A DNA stretch of 64,000 nt from an uncultured Verrucomicrobiae bacterium (GCA_963707025.1 CAVPOM010000006.1:32001-96000); one strand, 5' to 3'. Shown: positions 18,961 to 28,850, counted from the first letter of the stretch. Numbers and translations: made by a program. The notes: generated by a model from the sequence alone, not told the origin.

Positions 18961-20165
18961 CACTTTGGCTGATCATCCTGCGGAGCCTGCGCCAGCACGC
19001 CTTGTCCACCGTCATTACGGCGCTGTCCATTGCCCTGGCGGGCGGCCTGCTCATGTCGGTCTGGATCGTCAAGGTGCAATCCCAGGCCACCTTCACCGGC
19101 GTCACGGGCGGTTTTGACGCCGTGCTGGGGGCGCGCGGGTCGAAGTTACAGCTCGTGCTCAATTCGATTTTCCATCTGGAGAATTCGCCGGGAAACGTCC
19201 ACGCGCCCGATTATTTGGACATCAAGAATAATCCTAATGTAGCCCTGGCCATCCCCATAGCCGTGGGCGACAACTATCACGGCTACCGGTTGGTGGGAAC
19301 CATCCCGGAAATGTTCGAGAAGGTGGAGTACTCGCCGGGAAAACATTATGAGCTGGAGCCGGGCGGCCATTTCTTCGACCCCACCCGCAAGGAGGCGGTG
19401 GTGGGGAGTTTTGTGGCGGAGAAAATGGGGCTGAAAGCGGGCGATACGTTTCATCCATATCACGGACTGATTTTCAACGAAAAGGATCAACATGCCGAAA
19501 CGTATGTCGTCGTTGGCGTGATGAAACCGTCCAACACTCCCACCGACCGGGTGATCTGGATTCCGCTGGAAGGCATCCAGACGATGTTGGGGCACGATCC
19601 CAAGGCGGCGACGGATGTGAGCGCGGTCCTGGTGAAATTAAAGGGCGGGGGCATGGTTGGTTTTCGGATGGATCAGATGTACAACAAGCAGGGCAACCGC
19701 CTGACCTTCGCCTGGCCGATTGGAGCGACGATGGCTGATTTGTTCAGCAAGATCAGTTGGTTTGACAAGGTGCTGGAACTGGTTTCCTACCTGGTCGCGC
19801 TGGTCGCCACCGGGTCCATCCTGGCCAGCATCTACAATTCCATGAACGAGCGCCGCCGGGAGATTGCGATTCTGCGCGCGCTGGGCGCCCGGCGTCGCAT
19901 CATCTTCGGCGCGATCATTTTGGAAGCGGCCGCCATCTCCGCCCTGGGCATGTTGGTGGCGTTTGTTTTCTATTGGGCCATCATGACGGGCGCGGCGGTG
20001 GTCATTCGCGCGCAAACGGGCATTGTGCTGGACCCGTTTAAATTCAACCCCGTCATGCTGTGGGCTCCGGCGGCGTTGATCGCGCTGGGCGCTTTTGCGG
20101 GGGTGGTGCCGGCGGTCAAAGCCTATCGAACCGACGTGGCCGGAAATCTGGTTCCAACCTCGTAG
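18957..20165 (+). CDS. ABC permease, FtsX/MacB type
   Basis: GARGSKLQLVLNSIFH periplasmic motif; ERRREIAILRALGA; ATGA overlap with the ATPase gene. Confidence 0.9.
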   Translation: MTLWLIILRSLRQHALSTVITALSIALAGGLLMSVWIVKVQSQATFTGVTGGFDAVLGARGSKLQLVLNSIFHLENSPGNVHAPDYLDIKNNPNVALAIPIAVGDNYHGYRLVGTIPEMFEKVEYSPGKHYELEPGGHFFDPTRKEAVVGSFVAEKMGLKAGDTFHPYHGLIFNEKDQHAETYVVVGVMKPSNTPTDRVIWIPLEGIQTMLGHDPKAATDVSAVLVKLKGGGMVGFRMDQMYNKQGNRLTFAWPIGATMADLFSKISWFDKVLELVSYLVALVATGSILASIYNSMNERRREIAILRALGARRRIIFGAIILEAAAISALGMLVAFVFYWAIMTGAAVVIRAQTGIVLDPFKFNPVMLWAPAALIALGAFAGVVPAVKAYRTDVAGNLVPTS

Positions 20166-20172
20166 GAGTCCC

Positions 20173-20649
20173 ATGAGATTGCCTTCCATCATCATGCTTG
20201 CGCTGGGGTTCGGATTGCTGGCGGGCTGCGGCCACCACCAAAACCACGCATCCGACGACAGTCCTCATTTGCATGTGGATACCCCGCCGCACGGAGGAAC
20301 GCCGGTGGCTTTGGGCGACGATTATCAGATCGAATGGGTGCTGGATGCGCCGGCGGGACTGCTGCAGGCTTACGTCCTGGACGGTGAGATGGAAAATTTT
20401 GTGCGCATCGCCGCGCCGTCGTTTGAACTGCGCGCAAAACTCCCGGGGCGGGAGGAAGTCCTGCATTTTGCGGCAGTCGCCAATAGCGCGACCGGCGAAA
20501 CGGTCGGAAGCACGGCGTTATTCGAGGTCCGGGCGGAATGGCTGAAAACCAACAATACCTTCGACGCCCTGCTGCCGGAAATCAACGTGGAAGGGACCGT
20601 GTTCACCAACGTGACCTTCAATTTCCCCAAGGGAAACGACAAGGACTAG
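20173..20649 (+). CDS. His-rich lipoprotein with PHGG motif
   Basis: Lipobox LAGC; GHHQNH..HLH..PPHGG; AGGAG RBS. Confidence 0.7.
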   Translation: MRLPSIIMLALGFGLLAGCGHHQNHASDDSPHLHVDTPPHGGTPVALGDDYQIEWVLDAPAGLLQAYVLDGEMENFVRIAAPSFELRAKLPGREEVLHFAAVANSATGETVGSTALFEVRAEWLKTNNTFDALLPEINVEGTVFTNVTFNFPKGNDKD

Positions 20650-20690
20650 AACCGATCCAACATAACAGCAATATGATCATGGCAATCAAA

Positions 20691-21374
20691 ATGCGTAAAA
20701 CTGCCCAAGTCGTCTGGATGTTGCTGGCTCTTGGGACGTTCGTCCCCGCCATCTCCGCCCAGCAGGCGGCGGGCAAGAAACCGGTGGCAAAAATCCAGGG
20801 CGAATCCATTGATTCCGCCGGGGACCAGCCGGCCGCAGCCCGGCCGGCGACGAATCCGCCCTCCACCGCGCCGGCCAAGATTGCGACGGCAGCCGAACCA
20901 GGACCGGGAACTGCCAGCGCCGCCACCAATGCGTCCCCGGCGGGAAGCCCCGCCGTCAAGGGAGGATATTTGGTCGTGGATTTTGAGAGGCTTGCCTCGT
21001 TTGACTTTGATCCGCCGTCTTCCTCCGCCACCAATCATGTTGGCGCGGCGGACGAAGCGGACGGGGAGATACCGGCGGACATAAAAGCGCTGGACAAGAA
21101 AAAGGTCATGCTAAGGGGATTTATGATGCCGGTGATAATGGACGGAGACAACACCACAGAATTCTTTATTACGCGAAATCCAATGTGTTGCGCCTTCGGC
21201 ATGCCGGTGAAGTTGAACGAACTGGTGACAGTCAAAGTTGGCGGCAAGGGGCTTGAACCGAACATGGGCCAGCCCGTCACCATCAAAGGAACTCTGCACG
21301 TTGGCGCCATCCGCGACAGCGGCGATGTCACCGGCGTTTACCGAATGGATGGAGAAGCGCTGGTTGAGGAATAA
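20691..21374 (+). CDS. DUF3299-family exported protein (start uncertain: 20673/20679/20691)
   Basis: IKALDKKKVMLRGFMMP..EFFI..CCAFG..P..NELV..GTL..VYRM pattern. Confidence 0.75.
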   Translation: MRKTAQVVWMLLALGTFVPAISAQQAAGKKPVAKIQGESIDSAGDQPAAARPATNPPSTAPAKIATAAEPGPGTASAATNASPAGSPAVKGGYLVVDFERLASFDFDPPSSSATNHVGAADEADGEIPADIKALDKKKVMLRGFMMPVIMDGDNTTEFFITRNPMCCAFGMPVKLNELVTVKVGGKGLEPNMGQPVTIKGTLHVGAIRDSGDVTGVYRMDGEALVEE

Positions 21375-21485
21375 GCGCGTTGATTGATGGCATTCAATCC
21401 CCACTACCGAGAATGAAATGAAGAAGGCTGACGAGGCGGACATGGCGCTGCAAGTATTAGACTGCTGGAAAGAGCGCAAAGAACC

Positions 21486-22259
21486 ATGAGCGCCGCCGCT
21501 GCCATATTGATCCGCACAGGCGTGGCGTTTTTGATCGCCTTGGCCGGCGGCATGGCCAGCGCCTTGATGGCCAGGACGCACAAGCGGCTTTGCGCGCTCA
21601 TCAGCCTTGGGGCGGGGACGTTGTTAGGCGTGACGGTGTTCGCGATTGCACCGGAGTGCCTGGAGGCGTTGCGGGCATGGCAGTTCGCGCTGGCGGCGGC
21701 CAGCGGGTACGGCCTCTTCGCGTTGATTAGCAAGTACGTCTTCCATGTTTGCCCGGCCTGCGCGGCCAGCCATTTTGACGAGGCGACCGCGCACCGCTTC
21801 GGCGAGATCGCGCTGGCCATGATGGTGGCTCTGGCCATCCATTGCACGGTGGACGGGCTGGCCCTGGCGGCAGGCCATGAAGAAACCGGCGAGAACGCGC
21901 ACATGCTCGATACGACGATCATGTTCGCGATTTGTGTTCATAAAGCGCCGGAAGGCATGGCCCTCGGCGCCTTGCTGCTCGGAGCTGGTTTCGCCCCGAT
22001 GAAAATGCTGTGGATGGTTGCAGCCGTCGAATTGACCACCATTTTGGGCGGTGTTCTCGGCCATTTTGTTCTGCACGGAGTTTCCGAATTTTGGCTGGGA
22101 GCGGCCCTGGGTCACGCCGGGGGCGGATTTCTTTTTCTCGCCACGCATGCGATTCTGGGTGAGATTTGGAAGCACCATAAAGGCATCGTGCTCGGGTTTT
22201 TTACCGCCGGGTTTCTTGTCATTGGCCTGTTAGTGGTCGGTTTTCACCTCAAAGATTAG
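21486..22259 (+). CDS. ZIP-family (ZupT/GufA-like) metal transporter
   Basis: AIHCTVDGLAL and CVHKAPEGMA TM4/TM5 motifs; His/Cys loop HVCPACAASH. Confidence 0.85.
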   Translation: MSAAAAILIRTGVAFLIALAGGMASALMARTHKRLCALISLGAGTLLGVTVFAIAPECLEALRAWQFALAAASGYGLFALISKYVFHVCPACAASHFDEATAHRFGEIALAMMVALAIHCTVDGLALAAGHEETGENAHMLDTTIMFAICVHKAPEGMALGALLLGAGFAPMKMLWMVAAVELTTILGGVLGHFVLHGVSEFWLGAALGHAGGGFLFLATHAILGEIWKHHKGIVLGFFTAGFLVIGLLVVGFHLKD

Positions 22260-22348
22260 CCTGGCATGGCGGAGGCTTCTCCCAAAAATAACGGCGCTGG
22301 TTGTGTCATCGCCTCAACCGGTGTGATTGGCTCGCTGTGCCTGGATGA

Positions 22349-22612
22349 TCAAAAATGCGCACATACGTCAGCGTCTTGGTCGGGACCGGCCAATACAATG
22401 CGCTCCAATCTCTCCGAAAAGCGGCACCACTCCGGGATGATGTCAATAAATGCCTGAACGTCCCGCTTGCTGACGACATGGTGGAATCCGCGTCCCGGCG
22501 ACTCGCGATCAAGAGCATATCCCTCGTGCCCGGTGGGGCGATGGCGGTTCTTGCGCTGCACACGCCCGTCTTTGACCTTGGTGGCCGTGCGCCTGTTGAA
22601 GGTGGTGTGCAT
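22349..22612 (-). pseudogene. Probable truncated hypothetical gene fragment
   Basis: Protein-like 87 aa (RRTATKVKDGRVQRKNR..ESPGRGFHHVVSKRDV..FIDIIPEW) ending abruptly. Confidence 0.4.
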
Positions 22613-22717
22613 GGTTCAACAGGTTAAAACAGGAGCGCGCAGAGGCAACAGACATTTCCCCTTTTTCCTCTCCGGGATCTCCCGTTCAAAATCATCTTCT
22701 CCGTCGCCGCGGCGCGC

Positions 22718-25210
22718 TCACTTGTCCAGGTCGGCGCGGATGGTGCGCAGGCCATAGACGGCGCCGATTTCGTTGCCTTGGGTGGCTTCAAAGCGCACGG
22801 TGACTTTCTTTTTGCCTTCCACCAGGGCGGCGGGGATTTTGTACTCGACATCGTAGAACTTCGGCTCGCCGCGCGCTTCGATGGTCTGCTCGCCCACTTT
22901 CTGGCCGTCCACCAGCAGGTCCGCCGTGCGCTTGCGCCACTCGTCCGCGTAATAGGTGCAGACCAGGGTCATGGGATGGGCCGGATCCACCGCCAACTCG
23001 AAGGAAAACCACCGGGTGCCGCGCCGTCCGTAATGGCCCATCGTTTCCTCCGGCGTGCTCTCCTCCGGGCTGGAGGCTTGCTCGTTGGCGTCCCGCTCTG
23101 CCTGCATCTGGCCGGGTTGGACGAAGCCGACGGTGGCCAGTTTGAGCTTCTCCTCCCGCGCGGCTTGGGCGGCGAAGTCAGGCGATTTCGTAATCCATTC
23201 CACGGGTGTGAACGTGTCCCAATAGGCCGCATAAGTGCGTTCGTGCAAACGGTAGAAAGGCGCAAAGGACACGTCGCGGTCGCGGCCCACGCCCACGGAT
23301 TGGAAATTGCCGGGCTGGCCTGGCACCGGTTTGAGCCATTGCTCAATGGAGATTCCGGCGGAAACGAGCACCGGCACATTGTTGGAGGCGGCTCGTCCGC
23401 GCCTTTCCGGCCCAAGGTCGCCTGCCAGCACGAGCGGGCCCCACATCAGGGCCACGCGGCGCGGGTTGTCGGGGAGCGGCTCTTCATGCAGTTCTTTGGG
23501 CAGCACCAGCGCCACGGTGTCGCCGCTTTTCCAGGCGCGGCTGATTTCGACATAGGAACCGGGCTGGGGCAAGTGCGGCACCGGCTGGCCGTTGACGGTC
23601 ACGGAGAAGTTCCGGCCGGCCCAGGAGGGACGCCGCAGGGCCAGGGTGAATTTTCGGGCCGGGGCGAACCCGAGGAAGCCGCTGCCCTGGACGGCGACTT
23701 TCAAGGAGGCGGTTTCGCCTTCCGGGAAGGTGGTGTCCATGACCAGTTTCACCTGCTCGTTTTTCCAATCTGCCGTGCAAGGCGTGTAAAAATTCACCCA
23801 CAACCTGGTGTCTTTCGGGGTCCTGGATTCGTAATAAATGCCGTCGCCGTGGAGGGCGTGGTTTTCCATGCCGGTGCCGACGCAGCAGGTAAAGCTGTCG
23901 AACATATCCTGGTATTCATGGGTGACGCCCCGGCCCACCGGCACCATGTAGCAGGTGCGGCCATCCTTGGGATCCATCGAGCCCAGCACATGGTTGAACA
24001 AGGCCGTCTCCAGGAACGCCGCGTAACGCTCGTCGGGTTGCAGGGCGAAAAGCTCGCGGGTCATTTTGAGCATGTTATAGACGTTGCAACTTTCGTCGTC
24101 GCGCCCGTCAACGTGGTTGCTCAATTTGTCGGGGGGATCGAAGTATTCATCGTGCCCGTGTCCGCCGGTGGCGTAGCTGTGGTGATAGACGACTTGTTCC
24201 CAGAAAAAGCGGGCCGCCTCGCCATCGGTCTGGTTGCCGGTATAAACGTAGCGGGAAAGTTCGCCGATCATTTTGGGGACGAGGGTGTTGCCATGCTTGC
24301 CGCCGAGAATGTCCTTGTGCCCGGCCAGCGGATTGACGATGGCCTTGTGTTCAAATCTGTCGGAAAGGGCCAGCCAGCGCGGGTTGCCGGTGTCGTGGTA
24401 AAGGTCGGCCAGGACTTCGTTCATCCCGCCAAATTCGGTGCTGAGCATGCGCTGGTCCTGGTCCTCGGTCAGCTTGCCCACAATGGACTCGACCCAGCCG
24501 GCGAATTTGATCTCGACCTCCAGCGCCGCGGTATTTGCCGTGCAGCGATAAGCGTCGCGCAAGCCGGCGAAAATCTTGTGCTCGACATACCAGGGCGACC
24601 ACATACCATTGAGATCAAATCCGCCGGATTGAATGGTCCCCTGGGCGATGGCCTCAAAACGTCCTTTGCCATCCAGAACCTGGCCCCGGCCCCGGCGGCC
24701 ACCGGCTGCGGTTGCACCAGCGCCGCCGGCCCCGCGCGGGGGACTGGCCATGAGCGCCCCGATGTAGCCATCGCCCTGTTTGTCCTGGATTTCCCTCAAT
24801 TCACTGACCATGTAATCCACGCGCCGTTTGAATTCAGGATTGCCCGTCGCGGCGTACATATAACTGATGGCGGAAAGGTAATGCCCGGCGATGTGGCCGG
24901 TCAGTTGCCGGGTTGCGCCGGCGTCCCACCCGCCGTAGCCGCCGTCGGCCTTGCCTTGGAGTCCCGCCCGGACGCGCAACCAGTAAAGCATCCGGTCCGG
25001 CTCCAGTTCGAGCAGGTATTTGGCGTCCAATTCCTGCGCGTGTCCGAGCGGGCCGCCCGTCAGGCGCACGTCCGACAACGGCAGCGGCTGGGCCTGGAAG
25101 GGGACCGGTTGGAGGATCGGGCTGGCGGCGCCGGGCGCATTTTGAGCCGGCGCCGTCCGGGCAAGGCAGGCGAAGGCAAGGGCCGTTGAAACACAAGTTA
25201 AAAACTTCAT
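22718..25210 (-). CDS. Secreted beta-L-arabinofuranosidase, GH127/GH146 (DUF1680) family
   Basis: Signal peptide; YGGW, GHIAGHYLSA, EFGGMNEVL, HGNT, ESCNVYNMLK, FTCCVGTGME (Zn/Cys site). Confidence 0.9.
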   Translation of the reverse strand: MKFLTCVSTALAFACLARTAPAQNAPGAASPILQPVPFQAQPLPLSDVRLTGGPLGHAQELDAKYLLELEPDRMLYWLRVRAGLQGKADGGYGGWDAGATRQLTGHIAGHYLSAISYMYAATGNPEFKRRVDYMVSELREIQDKQGDGYIGALMASPPRGAGGAGATAAGGRRGRGQVLDGKGRFEAIAQGTIQSGGFDLNGMWSPWYVEHKIFAGLRDAYRCTANTAALEVEIKFAGWVESIVGKLTEDQDQRMLSTEFGGMNEVLADLYHDTGNPRWLALSDRFEHKAIVNPLAGHKDILGGKHGNTLVPKMIGELSRYVYTGNQTDGEAARFFWEQVVYHHSYATGGHGHDEYFDPPDKLSNHVDGRDDESCNVYNMLKMTRELFALQPDERYAAFLETALFNHVLGSMDPKDGRTCYMVPVGRGVTHEYQDMFDSFTCCVGTGMENHALHGDGIYYESRTPKDTRLWVNFYTPCTADWKNEQVKLVMDTTFPEGETASLKVAVQGSGFLGFAPARKFTLALRRPSWAGRNFSVTVNGQPVPHLPQPGSYVEISRAWKSGDTVALVLPKELHEEPLPDNPRRVALMWGPLVLAGDLGPERRGRAASNNVPVLVSAGISIEQWLKPVPGQPGNFQSVGVGRDRDVSFAPFYRLHERTYAAYWDTFTPVEWITKSPDFAAQAAREEKLKLATVGFVQPGQMQAERDANEQASSPEESTPEETMGHYGRRGTRWFSFELAVDPAHPMTLVCTYYADEWRKRTADLLVDGQKVGEQTIEARGEPKFYDVEYKIPAALVEGKKKVTVRFEATQGNEIGAVYGLRTIRADLDK

Positions 25211-25479
25211 AGGCCTAATATATGGCAATGAACCGGCTTTAGACAATGCACAATCCACGCCGGAATTGACCGCTGATGGATGTAGATTCACCTATCTGCG
25301 GGCAATTCCGGATTCGTTTGCGGTGGGCTGCGCTGTCTCCGCGCAACCCTGGGCTGCAAGCTTCAAACCCGTTGGGATTGGAAAACCAGCTTCAGGCCAT
25401 TTTAGCTTTGACATAACGGGAGGGGTGTGGGATTTTTATTCGTCGTCAGTCAAAGTTGTAAAACCTATTTTAGTTGCTT

Positions 25480-27585
25480 GTGAAAAAAACGTTCCACGGC
25501 GCAGCCGTTTTGCTGCTGTTCTCAAACCTCAATCTTCAACTTTCCACCGCCCACGCCCAGGGCACGGCGTTCACCTATCAAGGCCGCATGCTGGACAACG
25601 GCACGAACTTCAACGGCGCGGGCCAGTTCAAGTTCGCGCTGGTCAGCAGCACCAACCTCAGCAGCCAAGCCACCGCCACAGCCAATATGGGCGGCAGCAG
25701 TCCCTTTGAATTCGTCGAGAGTTATACCATCGTCTCTGGCGGCAGCGGTTATACCACCGCGCCGACGGTGACCGTTGCCGGCCCCGGCGAGTCCGGCTCG
25801 ACGGCTCTCGCCACGGCGACCATCAGCGGCGGCACGGTGACGGCCATCAACGTCATCAGTCCTGGTTCGGGTTACAGCGGCACGCCCATGGTGACGATTG
25901 CCGCGCCCCCACCGGACATCACCTACACGACCTATTGGAGCAATGACGGCACGAGTGTCAACGGCAGCCAACCAACTGCCACCGTGAGTGTGGGCGTCAG
26001 CGATGGGCTGTTCACCGTGGTTTTAGGTGACACCACCTTGGCGAACATGACGACCATTGACCCTTTATTGTTCAAGCAGTCGAACCTGCAATTGCAGATT
26101 TGGTTCAGCGATGGGGTGAATGGTTTTGCGATGCTGAATCCACTGCAAAATTTGACCCCGACGCCGTATGCGATTTATGCGGAAAACGCAAATGGTTTAT
26201 CGGCCTCCCAATTGACCAGCATTGGCAATACCAACGGAGGCTCGGGCAACTTCTTTGTCGGTCCATCGGGCAATCCGACGACGAGCGGCTTTTGGAACAC
26301 GGCCGATGGCGTTGGGGCGTTTGCAACCAACACGAGCGGGTCACTAGACACGGCCATTGGCTATCTGGCTCTTCAGGCCAACACGAGCGGCATCGATAAC
26401 ACGGCCATTGGAACACATGTGCTTCTCGCCAACACGAACGGCTCCGCAAACACGGCCATTGGCACTGGGGCGCTCATCGCCAACACGAGCGGCTTCAACA
26501 ACATCGCGCTGGGCTATCAGGCTGGCTATTTCATCACCACCGGCAGTTCCAACATTGACATCGGCAATAAGGGTCTTTCCACCGACACCAATATTATCCG
26601 CATCGGTAGCGTCCAGAGCCAGACGTTCATCGCGGGCGTCATCAACGGCAACGGCAGCGGGCTGACCAATCTCAATGGCGCGCAATTGACCGGCGTCATC
26701 ACCGGCAACGGGGGCGGGTTGACCAACATTCCTGCCAGCGCGGTTGTGCCTGCTCCCGCCGGCATGGCGCTGATTCCGGCGGGAACGTTCCCGATGGGGG
26801 ACACCCTGGATGGCGAGAGCGACGCCATCCCGACAAACATATATGTGTCGGCGTTTTACATGGACGTGAACCTGGTGAGCTATGCGCAATGGCAGTCGGT
26901 GTATTTTTGGGCCACGAACCACGGGTATGGCTTTGTGAATGCGGGTGCCGGGAAGGCGGCGAATCATCCGGTGCAGACAGTGGATTGGTATGACGCGGTG
27001 AAGTGGGGCAATGCGCGCTCGCAGCAGACGGGTTTGACGCCGGTGTATTACACGGATTCGAACATGACGGTGGTTTATACGAATGGGGAGACGGATGCCG
27101 TCTATGTGAAGTGGTTGGCCAATGGGTATCGGTTGCCGACGGAAGCGGAGTGGGAAAAGGCGGCGCGGGGCGGGTTGAGCGGACAGCGGTTTCCGTGGGG
27201 CAACGTCATCACGGAAAACCTGGCCAACTACAACGGAGATACCGCCGATTTTAGCTATGATTTGGGGCCGAACGGATACAACGCAGCCTTTACGAACGGA
27301 TTGGTGCAACCCTACACGAGTCCGGTGGGATATTTTGCGGCGAACGGGTATGGACTGTATGACATGTCTGGGAATGTTTTTGAGTGGTGTTGGGATTGGT
27401 ATGGAACGCCGTATGGACAACCGACCAACACGAATCCAACCGGACCGGGAACCGGGAGCAACCGCGTGTTGCGCGGTGGCCATTGGCTCGACCCCCCCAA
27501 CAACGCGCGATGCGCGGATCGCCTCGACACCATCCCGCTCAACGTCAGCAACTACCTCGGGTTTCGTTGTGTGAGGGGGCTTTAG
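25480..27585 (+). CDS. Secreted protein with AFTYQG N-terminal domain, GSGY repeat, NTAIG repeats and C-terminal FGE-sulfatase (CLec-fold) domain
   Basis: AQGTAFTYQGR; MALIPAGTFPMG, HPVQTVDWYDA, YRLPTEAEWEKAARGG, NGYGLYDMSGNVFEWCWD, RVLRGG, GFRCV. Confidence 0.9.
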   Translation: MKKTFHGAAVLLLFSNLNLQLSTAHAQGTAFTYQGRMLDNGTNFNGAGQFKFALVSSTNLSSQATATANMGGSSPFEFVESYTIVSGGSGYTTAPTVTVAGPGESGSTALATATISGGTVTAINVISPGSGYSGTPMVTIAAPPPDITYTTYWSNDGTSVNGSQPTATVSVGVSDGLFTVVLGDTTLANMTTIDPLLFKQSNLQLQIWFSDGVNGFAMLNPLQNLTPTPYAIYAENANGLSASQLTSIGNTNGGSGNFFVGPSGNPTTSGFWNTADGVGAFATNTSGSLDTAIGYLALQANTSGIDNTAIGTHVLLANTNGSANTAIGTGALIANTSGFNNIALGYQAGYFITTGSSNIDIGNKGLSTDTNIIRIGSVQSQTFIAGVINGNGSGLTNLNGAQLTGVITGNGGGLTNIPASAVVPAPAGMALIPAGTFPMGDTLDGESDAIPTNIYVSAFYMDVNLVSYAQWQSVYFWATNHGYGFVNAGAGKAANHPVQTVDWYDAVKWGNARSQQTGLTPVYYTDSNMTVVYTNGETDAVYVKWLANGYRLPTEAEWEKAARGGLSGQRFPWGNVITENLANYNGDTADFSYDLGPNGYNAAFTNGLVQPYTSPVGYFAANGYGLYDMSGNVFEWCWDWYGTPYGQPTNTNPTGPGTGSNRVLRGGHWLDPPNNARCADRLDTIPLNVSNYLGFRCVRGL

Positions 27586-27694
27586 TTTTTGTGCTTTTAC
27601 ACTTTAACCCTTTTGAACGAGTGAGTGCGTTTTGATCAAAGTCAAAGGTCAAAGGGTCAAAGGGGTCAAACCATATATTTGCACTGTTTTGCGC

Positions 27695-27723
27695 TTGCCA
27701 CGCTCAGTGCATTGCGGCACGAT
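27695..27723 (+). promoter_or_regulatory. Putative sigma70 promoter for a leaderless transposase mRNA
   Basis: TTGCCA-17 bp-CACGAT, 6 nt before ATG 27730; both hexamers and the spacing are kept in the paralogous copy at 30575-30603 while the spacer has diverged. Confidence 0.55.
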
Positions 27724-27729
27724 GGGCCG

Positions 27730-28669
27730 ATGCCACGGCAATTGCGCATCGAGTATCCCGGGGCGATCTATCATGTCCTGAGCCGGGGAAATCGTCGGGA
27801 AGCCATCTTCGTTGATGATGGCGACTGCCATGATTTTATCAAAACCCTGGCCGAGGCTTGCCAGAAAACCGGCTTCCAAATTCACGCCTTTTGCCTGATG
27901 AAAAACCATTTTCATTTGGTGGTCGAAACGCCGCAAGGCAATCTGGTGGCCGGAATGCGCTGGCTCTTGAGCACCTATTCCAACCGGTTCAATCACCGGC
28001 ATGATCGGTGCGGCCATGTTTTCAGCGGGCGCTACAAAGCACTGGTGGTGGATGGCAGCGGCCGCGGGTATTTGCGCACCGTTTGCGATTACACTCACCT
28101 CAACCCGGTCCGGGCCGGATTATTGCCCGCGGCCAGCCGGCTGCTGGAGTATCCCTGGAGCAGTTTTGGGTTTCTATTTGACGGAGGTGAAACATCGGCC
28201 CGGGTGGCTGCGGGTGGACCGGTTGCTCGGCGAGCATGGCATTGCCAGGGACACGGCCTCCGGGCGGCGGGAATTTGAGGGCCGGATGGAAAGCCGCCGC
28301 GCCGGGGAGGGAGAGGCCGGCCCGTGGAAGGGGATGCGGCGCGGATGGTGCTTTGGAACAGCCGATTTCAAGAAAGGACTGCTGGAAAGGCTGCAGGGAC
28401 ACTTGGGCCCAAACCACTCCGGCAGGCTGCGCCAGGAGGCGGGCCAGGCGGGCGCGGAGGCGCTTATCTCCAAGGCCCTGAGGCGGCTGGGATGGAAAGA
28501 GGAGGAATTGGGCAAGCGGGCCAAAAGCGACCCGGGCAAAGTGAGGTTGGCGGCGCAATTGCGCCAGGAGACGACCCTGACCATCGGGCAGATCGCGCAG
28601 AGGTTGCACATGGGAACCCGCAACACCTTGGCGACAAACCTGCAAGGAAGAAAAGGCACGAACGGATGA
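27730..28669 (+). CDS. Y1 (IS200/RAYT-like) HUH transposase with C-terminal HTH extension (apparent extra T near 28172)
   Basis: MPRQLRIEYPGAIYHVLSRGNRREAIF, CLMKNHFHLVV (HUH), GHVFSGRYK, YTHLNPVRAG, YPWSS; C-terminal LTIGQIAQRLHMG. Confidence 0.9.
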
Positions 28670-28846
28670 ACGGGATAGCGCAAATATGCGGTTTGACCCC
28701 TTCCCCGCCAGGAGACGACCCTGACCATCGGGCAGATCGCGCAGAGGTTGCGCATGGGAACCCGCAACACTTTGGCGACAAACCTGCAAGGAAGAAAAGG
28801 CAGGAACGGAGGAACGGGATAGTGCAATTATGCGGTTTGACCCTTT
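28562..28846 (+). repeat. Tandem duplication (141-bp unit, 144-bp period) of the transposase 3' end plus right IR
   Basis: 28562-28702 repeated at 28706-28846 with a few substitutions. Confidence 0.92.
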
Positions 28847-28850
28847 CGAC

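Larger units (their letters stand above)
27636..28846 (+). mobile_element. Y1/HUH transposase module bounded by 25-bp inverted repeats, right end duplicated
   Basis: Left AAGGGGTCAAACCATATATTTGCAC 27660-27684; right GCGCAAATATGCGGTTTGACCCCTT 28678-28702 (22/25 match) and a second right copy at 28822-28846. Confidence 0.75.

Noticed and set aside
22778..25189. Long antisense ORFs (also 50891-53575, 48037-49893, 5739-7106, 40849-42249, 535-1671)
   Set aside because: Shadows of real GC-rich genes on the opposite strand with no recognisable motifs.
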